37,091 bases of DNA from a virus. Taxonomy: Duplodnaviria > Caudoviricetes. The notes under the pieces were generated by a model. The model did not search any database and was not told the DNA's origin. It saw only the letters and a program-made list of their open reading frames with translations. The first letter of the stretch is position 1. The number at the start of each line of letters is the position of its first letter. Below are positions 1 through 7,839 of the stretch, in pieces. Where the stretch lies: positions 1-37,091 of the IMG/VR virus record IMGVR_UViG_3300025381_000043, one strand, 5' to 3'. A program made the position numbers and the translations under genes.

Positions 1-36
1 GCCCTAACGCATGTTCGCTGTGATATAGCGTGATAA

Positions 37-360
37 CTAACGCGCCTGCTTGCGGCTGTTACAAGATCGGCAGCACGCTCGTAGGTTGCTGGGCTCCAGA
101 ACGAGGTGTGGGGCCAGCGAAATTGGTTGAACATGATCCACTGTCGCATCTGATCCGACTAATTTCTTTTCGCAGATATAACATGTCCAGTTATCTCTCT
201 GCAATACGGTCTTACGTACAGCCTGCCACTTGCTTCCGTAGCCACGCTCCGTAGTATTTCTTTTTGGTTTTACTGGATGCGCTGCGATGTACGCATTAGC
301 ACAAGCATCGCATCTACTGTTTGGTCCAGGTATACCACAATCAAGGCAAGGTTTACGCAT
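37..360 (-). CDS. HNH endonuclease, terminase-associated (HK97 gp74-like)
   Basis: CxxC..VDH..P..NLRACCRSCN motifs. Start moved to the ATG at 360, which overlaps the upstream stop by 8 nt. The gene precedes terS once the genome is circularised. Confidence 0.9.
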   Translation of the reverse strand: MRKPCLDCGIPGPNSRCDACANAYIAAHPVKPKRNTTERGYGSKWQAVRKTVLQRDNWTCYICEKKLVGSDATVDHVQPISLAPHLVLEPSNLRACCRSCNSRKQAR

Positions 361-931
361 ACTGCACGAATGTGTGAATCTCTCCACCAGAATATAAATC
401 TAATTCAGAAGCTATCTGTATCGCTTCTTCAATTGCATCTTCTGCATCTTCAACATTCATGTTGCCGATAACATCGTTATCCTGAGTTAACGAATGCAAG
501 ATTGCCATGGCGTAATCTCCGCCTGATCCTGTTGCATAAATTCCTCGCGCTGAACGTTCCCACGAATAATCTTCTGCAATAGAAAATAATTTTCCTTTAA
601 TTGCAACAATTAAAGAACCTTCAAACTTTGCAACGTCGTCGTCTTTTTTTATTTCTCCGCCAATTTCAGCAATTGCTTTTTTCAATGACGGAATAAAAGA
701 TTTTGTTAAATAGTTCTCAGTTGATTTTCCGCTGAGACGTGGTGCAGTCCATGAATACTGCAAAACATTTAACACTCGAACAGAACCAGATCCTGCGATA
801 AGCGCTGGACCGTTCTGGAAGATTTTTGGTTCAACCATGAATATGAACGTTCCGGAATCTGAATCTGTAGCTTTCGATTCTGATCCGAGAACGCACCATC
901 CATCGCCTTGGATTGCCGCAAGCGTGGTCAT
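353..931 (-). CDS. Proteasome beta/HslV-like Ntn threonine protease
   Basis: N-terminal M-TTLAA, then GSESKAT, PKIF (Lys33 equivalent), two GSG motifs and DLYSGG. Confidence 0.8.
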   Translation of the reverse strand: MTTLAAIQGDGWCVLGSESKATDSDSGTFIFMVEPKIFQNGPALIAGSGSVRVLNVLQYSWTAPRLSGKSTENYLTKSFIPSLKKAIAEIGGEIKKDDDVAKFEGSLIVAIKGKLFSIAEDYSWERSARGIYATGSGGDYAMAILHSLTQDNDVIGNMNVEDAEDAIEEAIQIASELDLYSGGEIHTFVQYA

Positions 932-953
932 GATTTCTCCCTGAAATGGTAGT

Positions 954-989
954 GGCGAGGTCTCTTTCTTCCCCTAAAGACACCTCGCC
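954..989. promoter_or_regulatory. Intergenic hairpin (14-bp stem with one mismatch, loop CTTCCCCT/AGGGGAAG)
   Basis: GGCGAGGTCTCTTT-CTTCCCCT-AAAGACACCTCGCC. Confidence 0.6.
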
Positions 990-994
990 GTGGA

Positions 995-1016
995 TATTTA
1001 TACCAGATTGTCTGGT
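995..1016 (-). promoter_or_regulatory. Putative late promoter (extended -10 TGGTATAAAT) with overlapping palindrome ACCAGA-N3-TCTGGT
   Basis: Motif sits in the intergenic gap upstream of the protease-HNH-terminase-structural run. Confidence 0.4.
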
Positions 1017-1022
1017 TTGGTG

Positions 1023-1646
1023 TTAATTGTCCTTCTGGTGGTTCTTGGGTGTTTCATGGAGTGATCCGGCGAGAACTCCCAATGTCGACTTGTCCCATTC
1101 GGCCCGACATTTGACGCATTTGGCTGAACTCGGTCCGTAATGGTCCATTTGGACCACCAGACAGTTTTTCATGCCGCAGGCCGGACAGAATCCCTGGATC
1201 CTGCGAGGCTGATCCCGCCAGGTCAGTCGTAGCTCAAGCTGGTTGCGGTAATACGAGACCCGACCGGAGACGTGTTCGACCAGTTCGTCGGTCGCGTTGG
1301 TCAGAAGGCTAGGCAGTTGATAGAAATTCTCATTTACGGATCGGTAGACACGTCCGTTGCACATCTCGACCATTTTGGCGCTGAGAGCGGCTGCCTCGAG
1401 GAGCAAACCCAGGAGTTCGTCGTTTATAGGCGCCTTAGAACTGGCGAGAATTGACTTAGAACCACCTTCTGCGTCCGAGGAAGGCGTAGACTCATAAACC
1501 TCGCTATAAAGCTGCGAGAGGAGTCCTGGATGCCTAGAAACATGCGTTCTACCTGAATCTGTCGGCTCCTGGTGATCGTAGGGCTTACTCAGGTGCGCTA
1601 CGTCGTCGATGAGCGACGCCATCAGCTCAGAACGGGATCTGGTCAT
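1023..1646 (-). CDS. Hypothetical protein with C-terminal zinc ribbon (possible late regulator)
   Basis: CPACG...CVKC motif. It is the last gene before the putative late promoter. Confidence 0.6.
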   Translation of the reverse strand: MTRSRSELMASLIDDVAHLSKPYDHQEPTDSGRTHVSRHPGLLSQLYSEVYESTPSSDAEGGSKSILASSKAPINDELLGLLLEAAALSAKMVEMCNGRVYRSVNENFYQLPSLLTNATDELVEHVSGRVSYYRNQLELRLTWRDQPRRIQGFCPACGMKNCLVVQMDHYGPSSAKCVKCRAEWDKSTLGVLAGSLHETPKNHQKDN

Positions 1647-1932
1647 TCAGGCTCTCCTTCTTGCAGTCATGGAGGGAAACTACCAAAGCGTGTGGTCCGT
1701 TGATCCCGTTTTTGATTTCATGCAGTAGGCGAATTTTCGCCGTGGTCTCCTTGGAGTTCGAGGACAGGCGGAAGGTCGACCGACCCTGGAGCTGCATCTC
1801 GAGCTCCTCGTACTTGGTCAGGAGCTTCATGTCCAGGCGGACTCGGAACCCGCCGGCATAGCAGTCCCAGATCCCAGCGCCACATCTGAAACACGCCGTC
1901 TCTTGGAGTGGTGTAACCTTCGCATCTGTCAT
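1627..1932 (-). CDS. Hypothetical zinc-binding protein
   Basis: CFRCG and HDC motifs. The ATG at 1932 (MTDAK) follows GGAGG. Confidence 0.6.
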   Translation of the reverse strand: MTDAKVTPLQETACFRCGAGIWDCYAGGFRVRLDMKLLTKYEELEMQLQGRSTFRLSSNSKETTAKIRLLHEIKNGINGPHALVVSLHDCKKESLNDQIPF

Positions 1933-1942
1933 AAAAACCTCC

Positions 1943-2114
1943 GGGAGGAGCTTTTGGAATTTTTGGTCATTTTGGTTCGGTCTGATTGAAAAAGCTCTTC
2001 CCACTCCGTTCCTCCCCTAGGGAGGAACGGGAGTAGCGGGAGGAGCTTTTTTTCTTTAATCAGAAGCTCCTCCCAGGAGTAACTGGGAGGAACTGGGAGG
2101 AGCGGGAGGAGCTT
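1943..2114. repeat. Iteron-like direct/inverted repeat cluster GGGAG(G/T)A(G/A)C, putative replication origin
   Basis: About 11 nonamer copies in both orientations, a large inverted repeat at ~1989-2051 and T-rich flanks, at the 3' end of the primase-helicase gene. Confidence 0.65.
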
Positions 2115-4263
2115 TGTGTTCTGGCTGGCTAAAACCGCCTTGGAAGGTGTCCGACAGCGGATCAAGATGGCTGTCGTAGTGCTTCACGAACCCGAGCCGG
2201 CGAGGCGAATTGCGGCTTTCGCCGTCCCGGGTTTCGGCCAAATAGAGCTCCTGGACGAGGATGTCGATAGCCAAATTGACGGCAGAATCCTTGCCCTTCA
2301 CGCCCTTGATAACCTCATTACGGGACGGATTTTCGTCCTCGGGCCAGTCGGCAACAAACCGGGTCACCCGCTCCATCAGGATCGTAGGACGCATCTTTCC
2401 GTCCGCCGACAGTGATGGCATCTCGATACGCCAGAGGGTCCGAGATGGGTCTGAGGAGTCCAGGACGAACGTTCCGGCATGTTTCCCTGGCGATACGGAT
2501 CTAAGGCCGCCATTTCGGTCCTTCTCAATCGAGAGGCCGATTTTGCCCAGCTTTCCAGGCGCTGGAGCCATCAGTACCTCCGCCGAGAGATAGGTCCCGT
2601 CAACGGCACGCTTCTTGGCGGTACCGCCGATGGCATAACCTGAGGATCTGGCGTCAACACCCTTCGGCAAGTGGTCGATGGTGATAACGCAGGCTCCGAC
2701 CACGTGGGCCAGAGGCTTACAGACCGCTCGGATAGCCTTGGTGATGTCGTCGTTGTCGGTGGACTTCAGTCCCAACATCGGCACGATTTCACCGAGGGAG
2801 TCAACGACGGCAATATCTGGCTTCCACTGGATCATGTCTTGAATGAAGGTCCGGAGACCTTGAATGTCCTCAGGTTCTGCGATCCGGAAGAAGTTGGGGT
2901 TGGCGATATAGGCAATGGGTGCGCCCAGAGCGACCAGACGCGTAGCTATCTCAGCAGATCCGTTGTGATCCACGTCAAGGTACACGGCACGGCGTTTCTG
3001 GAGCAGCGCCTCAACCACAGCGCACATAGCAAGCCATGATTTCGCTGTTTCAGGGTCGCCGAATATGCCGTTGATGCGGCCAGGGTAGAACAGAGAATGA
3101 CCATCGGCCCGGACGACCCAGGACGGAGGATCTATCTCAGGGGCTTTACCAGTGAGTAACCAACCAAGGTCAGCATAGATAGAGACCTCTTCGTCATCGT
3201 CAAGGCTCGCAGGCTGCTGTCCAGGATCAGAAACAGGTGCCAGGAACTCCTCGACGCTGAACTCCAGTCCCTTGAGCTTTCCGTCGCAGTCTTTGCCGTT
3301 GCACTGCTCTCGCGGCTGCATTTTGGCCAAGATGATGCTAATACCGCCGAGCAACATGCGCTTCCACTCAAGTTCAGCGGACGTGATGCCTCGGTCGTTA
3401 CCGATCACCTGGACGAAGTCGTTACCGACGCGCTGGAGTGAGTAACCAACGCCGGAGTGACCGGTCTGACCCAGACGCAACAGTCCCAACATGAGGTCAC
3501 GGACGGCATCATGGCGTGATCCTTGGCGACCCGATAGCGCATCTTCCATGTCGTAGAGCTTTCGGTTGACAAGGGCGCACGGAACGCCGGGCGTGCACCA
3601 TTCGGCAAACGCAACGGCCAATTCCTCGGCATTGGTGTCGAGTCTCTCAGTTGCGGGCGTTGCCAGCTGACCTTTGGTCAGTCCATGGACCCAGGTCATA
3701 GGTAATTCCGGCAATGAGTCAACGACTGGACCCGCCCCGATGTTGTTCCGGTTGTCCGGATCTATCCACCGGTAGGTCCGACCTTCTGGGTGAAGAGATG
3801 GCCAGACGACCGCATAACGGTGGCCGCGATGGATGGTCTCGATTCCAGGTCCAATTTGGTTCGGCCATTGCAGACCTTCTGGGATCTTGTAGAAGCGGAT
3901 TCCGCTGATTCCGTCATCTCGGGACGTAACGCGCCAGGTCTCGGGTAATGGACCAAAACTTGCTATGGCCTGGGTCAAGCTTTCAAGGCCTGTTTTGTCG
4001 CCATAGGCATCGACGTCGATACCCAGGATATTGGCGGGCATGCGCAGAGCTATGTTTCCATCGCCTTTGGTGTTGATCCAGGTGTCTATCTCCGACGGAT
4101 CAGGAGACACGTGCGCAAACCGCTTGCCGGTGTAACCCGTGGGCGGATGAGACTTCTTGCCTGCCGGAAGCGGTAGGACGTCAGCCCAACCGAGCTTACG
4201 GTAATCCCACGCTGACTGAGCGTAGGGACCGACGATAGTTTGTGATTCTTCCTCAGGCATCAT
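2056..4263 (-). CDS. Bifunctional primase/polymerase (Prim-Pol) fused to an AAA/RecA-like helicase
   Basis: Prim-Pol motifs LGIDVD and YAVVWPSLHP. Walker A GDPETAKS, Walker B AVVDS, and IDH. Confidence 0.9.
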   Translation of the reverse strand: MMPEEESQTIVGPYAQSAWDYRKLGWADVLPLPAGKKSHPPTGYTGKRFAHVSPDPSEIDTWINTKGDGNIALRMPANILGIDVDAYGDKTGLESLTQAIASFGPLPETWRVTSRDDGISGIRFYKIPEGLQWPNQIGPGIETIHRGHRYAVVWPSLHPEGRTYRWIDPDNRNNIGAGPVVDSLPELPMTWVHGLTKGQLATPATERLDTNAEELAVAFAEWCTPGVPCALVNRKLYDMEDALSGRQGSRHDAVRDLMLGLLRLGQTGHSGVGYSLQRVGNDFVQVIGNDRGITSAELEWKRMLLGGISIILAKMQPREQCNGKDCDGKLKGLEFSVEEFLAPVSDPGQQPASLDDDEEVSIYADLGWLLTGKAPEIDPPSWVVRADGHSLFYPGRINGIFGDPETAKSWLAMCAVVEALLQKRRAVYLDVDHNGSAEIATRLVALGAPIAYIANPNFFRIAEPEDIQGLRTFIQDMIQWKPDIAVVDSLGEIVPMLGLKSTDNDDITKAIRAVCKPLAHVVGACVITIDHLPKGVDARSSGYAIGGTAKKRAVDGTYLSAEVLMAPAPGKLGKIGLSIEKDRNGGLRSVSPGKHAGTFVLDSSDPSRTLWRIEMPSLSADGKMRPTILMERVTRFVADWPEDENPSRNEVIKGVKGKDSAVNLAIDILVQELYLAETRDGESRNSPRRLGFVKHYDSHLDPLSDTFQGGFSQPEHKAPPAPPSSSQLLLGGASD

Positions 4264-4448
4264 TCAGCTTCCCCTGTTTTCTTTGGCGTCCAGTTGATCC
4301 GCCAGCACTTGCCCATGACAGTGATCGAGAAGATTCTGTTGTTGGCAAAGTACGACGGCATAATGATAATTTCGAGGACCGGATTGTACGGTCTGTGGCG
4401 AGGAAAGGTCGAGAAGCTAACCTCTCGACCCAGGATGCGTTTCCTCAT
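4260..4448 (-). CDS. Hypothetical protein
   Basis: ATGA overlaps with both neighbours. Confidence 0.5.
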   Translation of the reverse strand: MRKRILGREVSFSTFPRHRPYNPVLEIIIMPSYFANNRIFSITVMGKCWRINWTPKKTGEAE

Positions 4449-4612
4449 GACTTACCCGCCCAGCCATCGCCCTTGAAGACGATGCCTGGAGCAGAGTAAA
4501 CCTTGGTCATCATCTGACCGCAGGCACACTTTGGTGCTGCTTGATCCTCTACGCTTGCGATAATTTCTGTCGTAATGCCGCATGTGGCACAACGAAATTC
4601 GTACGTTGGCAT
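4445..4612 (-). CDS. FmdB-family zinc ribbon protein
   Basis: MPTYEFRCATCG...PKCACG...SAPGIVFKGDGW, with RBS GAAGGGGG. Confidence 0.85.
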   Translation of the reverse strand: MPTYEFRCATCGITTEIIASVEDQAAPKCACGQMMTKVYSAPGIVFKGDGWAGKS

Positions 4613-4634
4613 GAAATTCCCCCTTCTGAGATTT

Positions 4635-5084
4635 CTAGTACCAGCTAAATTTGACCCAGTGCGCCTTTGCGGCACAAGGTCCACCCGAACCGTAACGCTC
4701 GGAGATATATGCCAATGTGGCAATGAGCTGAGAACGTGGATCGTGCGAGTACTTCAGACCAATGTTCTTGTAGGTCGAAGCCAGCAACTGACCAATTCCC
4801 TTAGCTGATGATGTTGGATTCTTTGCTTCGTTGTTCCAGTGTGACTCATTGGTCACAACGTAATCCAGGCAGTCAAACTGTTGCTTCGTCAGGATCTGAT
4901 ACGCCAGATATCGGGCGTCATTTACTTCGAAGTTCAGTAGTGCATCAGGTACGAGCTGAACAACCGGCGTCTGCTTGATGATCTTTGCTACTGGGCGATC
5001 AACGAACATTCCGAGGGCAAAGAACATGGCACAGAGTGTCACAATGGTGGACACTAGGCGTTGTTGTCGATGATTAGTCTTCAT
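4635..5084 (-). CDS. Membrane-anchored lytic transglycosylase-like (APF C-terminal/SLT-like) protein
   Basis: N-terminal TM segment, then ESHWN..AKNPTSSAKGIGQ and YISERYG..C.A..HW..FSWY. Confidence 0.8.
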   Translation of the reverse strand: MKTNHRQQRLVSTIVTLCAMFFALGMFVDRPVAKIIKQTPVVQLVPDALLNFEVNDARYLAYQILTKQQFDCLDYVVTNESHWNNEAKNPTSSAKGIGQLLASTYKNIGLKYSHDPRSQLIATLAYISERYGSGGPCAAKAHWVKFSWY

Positions 5085-5217
5085 GTGAACCCGCCATCGC
5101 TCGGCAAAATTCCAGCCAGTCGCGATCATCCTCGCGATTCTTGATCCAGTTGTGGACCAACCGAGCGGAATTCCAGCCTACGATAAAGGCGAGAACACTT
5201 GCAATTACTACTACCAT
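5074..5217 (-). CDS. Small membrane protein (47 aa, MVVVIASVLAFIVGWNSARL...)
   Basis: Hand-translated ORF with strong RBS AAGGAGGT. It fills the gap. Confidence 0.65.
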   Translation of the reverse strand: MVVVIASVLAFIVGWNSARLVHNWIKNREDDRDWLEFCRAMAGSHED

Positions 5218-5233
5218 TTTTTACCTCCTTGAT

Positions 5234-5265
5234 AAGAGAAGAGCCCGAGCGAACCCGGGCCCTTC
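5234..5265 (-). terminator. UUCG-tetraloop hairpin after SSB
   Basis: GAAGGGCCCGGG-TTCG-CTCGGGCTCTTC followed by a weak U tract. Confidence 0.55.
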
Positions 5266-5275
5266 GTTTTCCGGA

Positions 5276-5773
5276 CTAGAACTTCGGCGTAACGGGTGTT
5301 GCGCCTAGTTGTTGCATCAACGCAGCAATAGCTGCCTGGTCCATTGCTGGCGCTGATGGTGTTACCGGTGCTGCAGGAGCGGCCGCAGCAGATTGCGCAG
5401 CAGGTTGCGCAAAGGACTTTGACGCTTGTGCATCGACCCATGCTTTAGCGCGAGCAACGTCAGCATCCTGGAAGTTGTTGAGGACCCATGCTGGGTTCCC
5501 TTTTCCTGTATCAACAGTGCCGACGCGTGCAAGCACGTTTCGAGATCCGACAGAGAGCTTGTTAGTAATGCCGACGTGCCCAACTTTGACATCAGTCTGG
5601 AGCTGGTTGTCTCCGTCAAGGTCAACGAAATCGACCGTGAACTCGTCAATGTCTCCCTTGCGCAATTCGTCGTAACGACGACTGACGCTCTTAACTGCAG
5701 TGAACAGCACGAGGTGGCCATTGTGATCCGCTGGCTTGAAGAAACCACCGCCGGATTTTGGTTGTTCGAACAT
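5276..5773 (-). CDS. Putative single-stranded DNA-binding protein (actinophage type)
   Basis: Beta-rich core with an Ala/Pro/Gln-rich tail ending in F. It lies next to the exonuclease. Confidence 0.55.
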   Translation of the reverse strand: MFEQPKSGGGFFKPADHNGHLVLFTAVKSVSRRYDELRKGDIDEFTVDFVDLDGDNQLQTDVKVGHVGITNKLSVGSRNVLARVGTVDTGKGNPAWVLNNFQDADVARAKAWVDAQASKSFAQPAAQSAAAAPAAPVTPSAPAMDQAAIAALMQQLGATPVTPKF

Positions 5774-5797
5774 GATATTTCCCTTCTTGTTTCTGTT

Positions 5798-6460
5798 TTA
5801 TATTGCGATTTTTGTTCTTGCATGTGCAAGCTCTTCTACGTGCATGCAAATCTCTTCCGCAAGCTGATCCGGAATGATTGCACGCTCCGATTTTGGTCGA
5901 CCAATGGTTCCAGTGCTAGAACCACGAGGCGCAGCGATGTGGTCAGGAGACCCTGGCGAACACTTAGGACGTGGAACCCACGTATCCAGATCCGTCCAGA
6001 GATCGGTCGGCTTCATTCGATCGTCTCCGTAACTACAGTATGTGATGGTGTGACGCGGGAACTGTGCAAGCAATGGAAGCTTACGAAGTACTCCGCGAGG
6101 GTTCTCAATCATAAACCCATAGGTCGGATCAAGATCGAGAATCAGATCCCGAAGATGCTCAATTATTAAAAGATTTAACTTGGCGTCTTCGGTTTTTGGT
6201 TCGTACGCCAACTTGCCGCCACCCCAATGGTGGTGCAAAGAGGCTACAGAGAATGTGATACACGGAGGCGATGACCAAATGAAATCTGGTCGACCGTATT
6301 CGCGGATCAAGCTCTCAGCTTCGAGTTTCATAAATTTCTGAGTATCCGGTCCCTTGTACCGAACGTCCAGATTCCATGTCATGACTGTGTGACCAGCTTC
6401 GGCAAATGCACGAGTTGGACTACCAGCGCCAACAGAGAAATCGAAGATGAGAAGACTCAT
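5798..6460 (-). CDS. Short DNA cytosine-5 methyltransferase-like protein
   Basis: Motif I-like DFSVGAGS, motif IV DFIWSSPPC and motif VI IENP. The start at 6460 is an ATGA overlap. Confidence 0.75.
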   Translation of the reverse strand: MSLLIFDFSVGAGSPTRAFAEAGHTVMTWNLDVRYKGPDTQKFMKLEAESLIREYGRPDFIWSSPPCITFSVASLHHHWGGGKLAYEPKTEDAKLNLLIIEHLRDLILDLDPTYGFMIENPRGVLRKLPLLAQFPRHTITYCSYGDDRMKPTDLWTDLDTWVPRPKCSPGSPDHIAAPRGSSTGTIGRPKSERAIIPDQLAEEICMHVEELAHARTKIAI

Positions 6461-7215
6461 ACCTTCTGCTGCTTTCCGATAATCTGCTTTGAGCGTTCTG
6501 CCTTCCACTTGAATACTTCAAGCGCTGCGCGGAATACGCCAAACTCAGCCTCGGTGACATCCATTTCCACAACCTTGCCCGTGCCTTCTTTTGGCGCGTG
6601 CCAAATCTGACAACGAGTAATCTGTGGAACAGGAAGTTCAGTCCCATCAGTAAGGAGAATGTTCTCGGCATACTTATATGCAGCAAGCTGAATGGCATAG
6701 TCCGGATAGACACCGGTCGATGTTTTCAGATCCACGAGGGTGACTTCTCCGTCGATGATATGGATTCCATCAAATGAACCTGCATAACCATATCTGTGCG
6801 ACCAGACGGTGCCTTCAATGGAGATCGGTTGAGGTTGAACCGCTTTGAGAATTGCGCGAAGATTACGTGCGGCTTCGCCCAAGCCTGGCGGATCGAACGG
6901 TGAGTTAATGTCCACTTGTCCGCGCAGCAGAGCTTCGCAGTACTCATGAGCATCAGTACCAGCGGCAGCAGCACGATCTCGTGTGCGCCATGGTGATCCC
7001 TTGAGCATGTCGATAGCTGCGTCAGCAGGCAAATCAACCCAAGCGGATTTATTGTTGGCCGCAAATTCTGCAACGCTCTTGGCAGCCCAACGCGGAAGCG
7101 CTGGTTTGTCCAGGACGTTCAGAACTGTGGTGACCGAAGGAACAACTTCGCCAGAAACCGGGTGCGAATAACCGCGACCAGTCCCGACGGTGACCGCAAG
7201 AGCAGGACTCGTCAT
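6457..7215 (-). CDS. PD-(D/E)XK (RecB/Cas4-like) exonuclease
   Basis: PSVTTVL, GTDAH, YAGSFD, VDLKTS and QLAAY. Confidence 0.9.
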   Translation of the reverse strand: MTSPALAVTVGTGRGYSHPVSGEVVPSVTTVLNVLDKPALPRWAAKSVAEFAANNKSAWVDLPADAAIDMLKGSPWRTRDRAAAAGTDAHEYCEALLRGQVDINSPFDPPGLGEAARNLRAILKAVQPQPISIEGTVWSHRYGYAGSFDGIHIIDGEVTLVDLKTSTGVYPDYAIQLAAYKYAENILLTDGTELPVPQITRCQIWHAPKEGTGKVVEMDVTEAEFGVFRAALEVFKWKAERSKQIIGKQQKV

Positions 7216-7484
7216 TTCTTCGCCTCATTGTGTTGCTGGACAACCAGAGCAATCGCCAAGGCGCGTGTTCCGATCTCCTTCAACTCCTCCTCGAGCTCGC
7301 GGTAGCGAAACTCGCGTCGCAAAGTATCCGCTTTCAGGATCTTTGCATCTAATTGCTGGACAGCAGACCAGAGCGGTTCGACTCCGAACTTGAACTGGTA
7401 GTGCTCAGCATTCTGGATAAACGCATCATGCGCTGATGTGAACAGCTCATGACTCGTTAGTGCCAGCTCCTTCGTTTTTCCCAT
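7212..7484 (-). CDS. Hypothetical protein
   Basis: Start MGKTKE after RBS AGAAGGGG, with an ATGA overlap downstream. Confidence 0.6.
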   Translation of the reverse strand: MGKTKELALTSHELFTSAHDAFIQNAEHYQFKFGVEPLWSAVQQLDAKILKADTLRREFRYRELEEELKEIGTRALAIALVVQQHNEAKK

Positions 7485-7839
7485 TTTCCCCTTCTTTCCT
7501 TGGTTCACCATAGCCAGCGTCGCGAAGAAGCTGAACCATAATCTTGAGCGGCACGATTGCCGGCCAATTCTCGATACTCGCCGGGCCAAAGCCATCAGGC
7601 CGCAGAACAGCGACGGGGATGATCCCGTCCTTGATCCGCTCCGCTGCCTGATTCATGGCTTCAGTGACTGGAAACCCCCGACGTGCTTTTACTTCCCAGT
7701 CAATTCCCACGGTTCCTGTGACGTCTGTTCCTGAGCGACCGGCCCCGGTCGATTCAGCAAACGGCCAACCATGATCCGCGAGATAGTTCGCGACAATCTT
7801 CTGAGAAGCGTAGCCGCGATGTTTTCTGTGTTGACTCAT
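7447..7839 (-). CDS. Holliday junction resolvase (archaeal Hjc-like actinophage type)
   Basis: RKHRG..Q..VA.YL...G, GAGRSGTDV and WEVKAR. Confidence 0.8.
   Translation of the reverse strand: MSQHRKHRGYASQKIVANYLADHGWPFAESTGAGRSGTDVTGTVGIDWEVKARRGFPVTEAMNQAAERIKDGIIPVAVLRPDGFGPASIENWPAIVPLKIMVQLLRDAGYGEPRKEGENGKNEGAGTNES

Noticed and set aside
995-1002. T4 late promoter TATAAATA on the minus strand
   Set aside because: I noticed only one copy and no gp55-like sigma factor is encoded. It reads better as a host-sigma extended -10.
1943-2114. CRISPR-like mini-array
   Set aside because: The repeats are 9-10 nt, in both orientations, with no unique spacers. The exonuclease is a typical phage PD-(D/E)XK enzyme.
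1929-2165. 78-aa ORF with KLLPLLP repeats
   Set aside because: It is a by-product of the nonamer DNA repeats and overlaps the primase-helicase gene.
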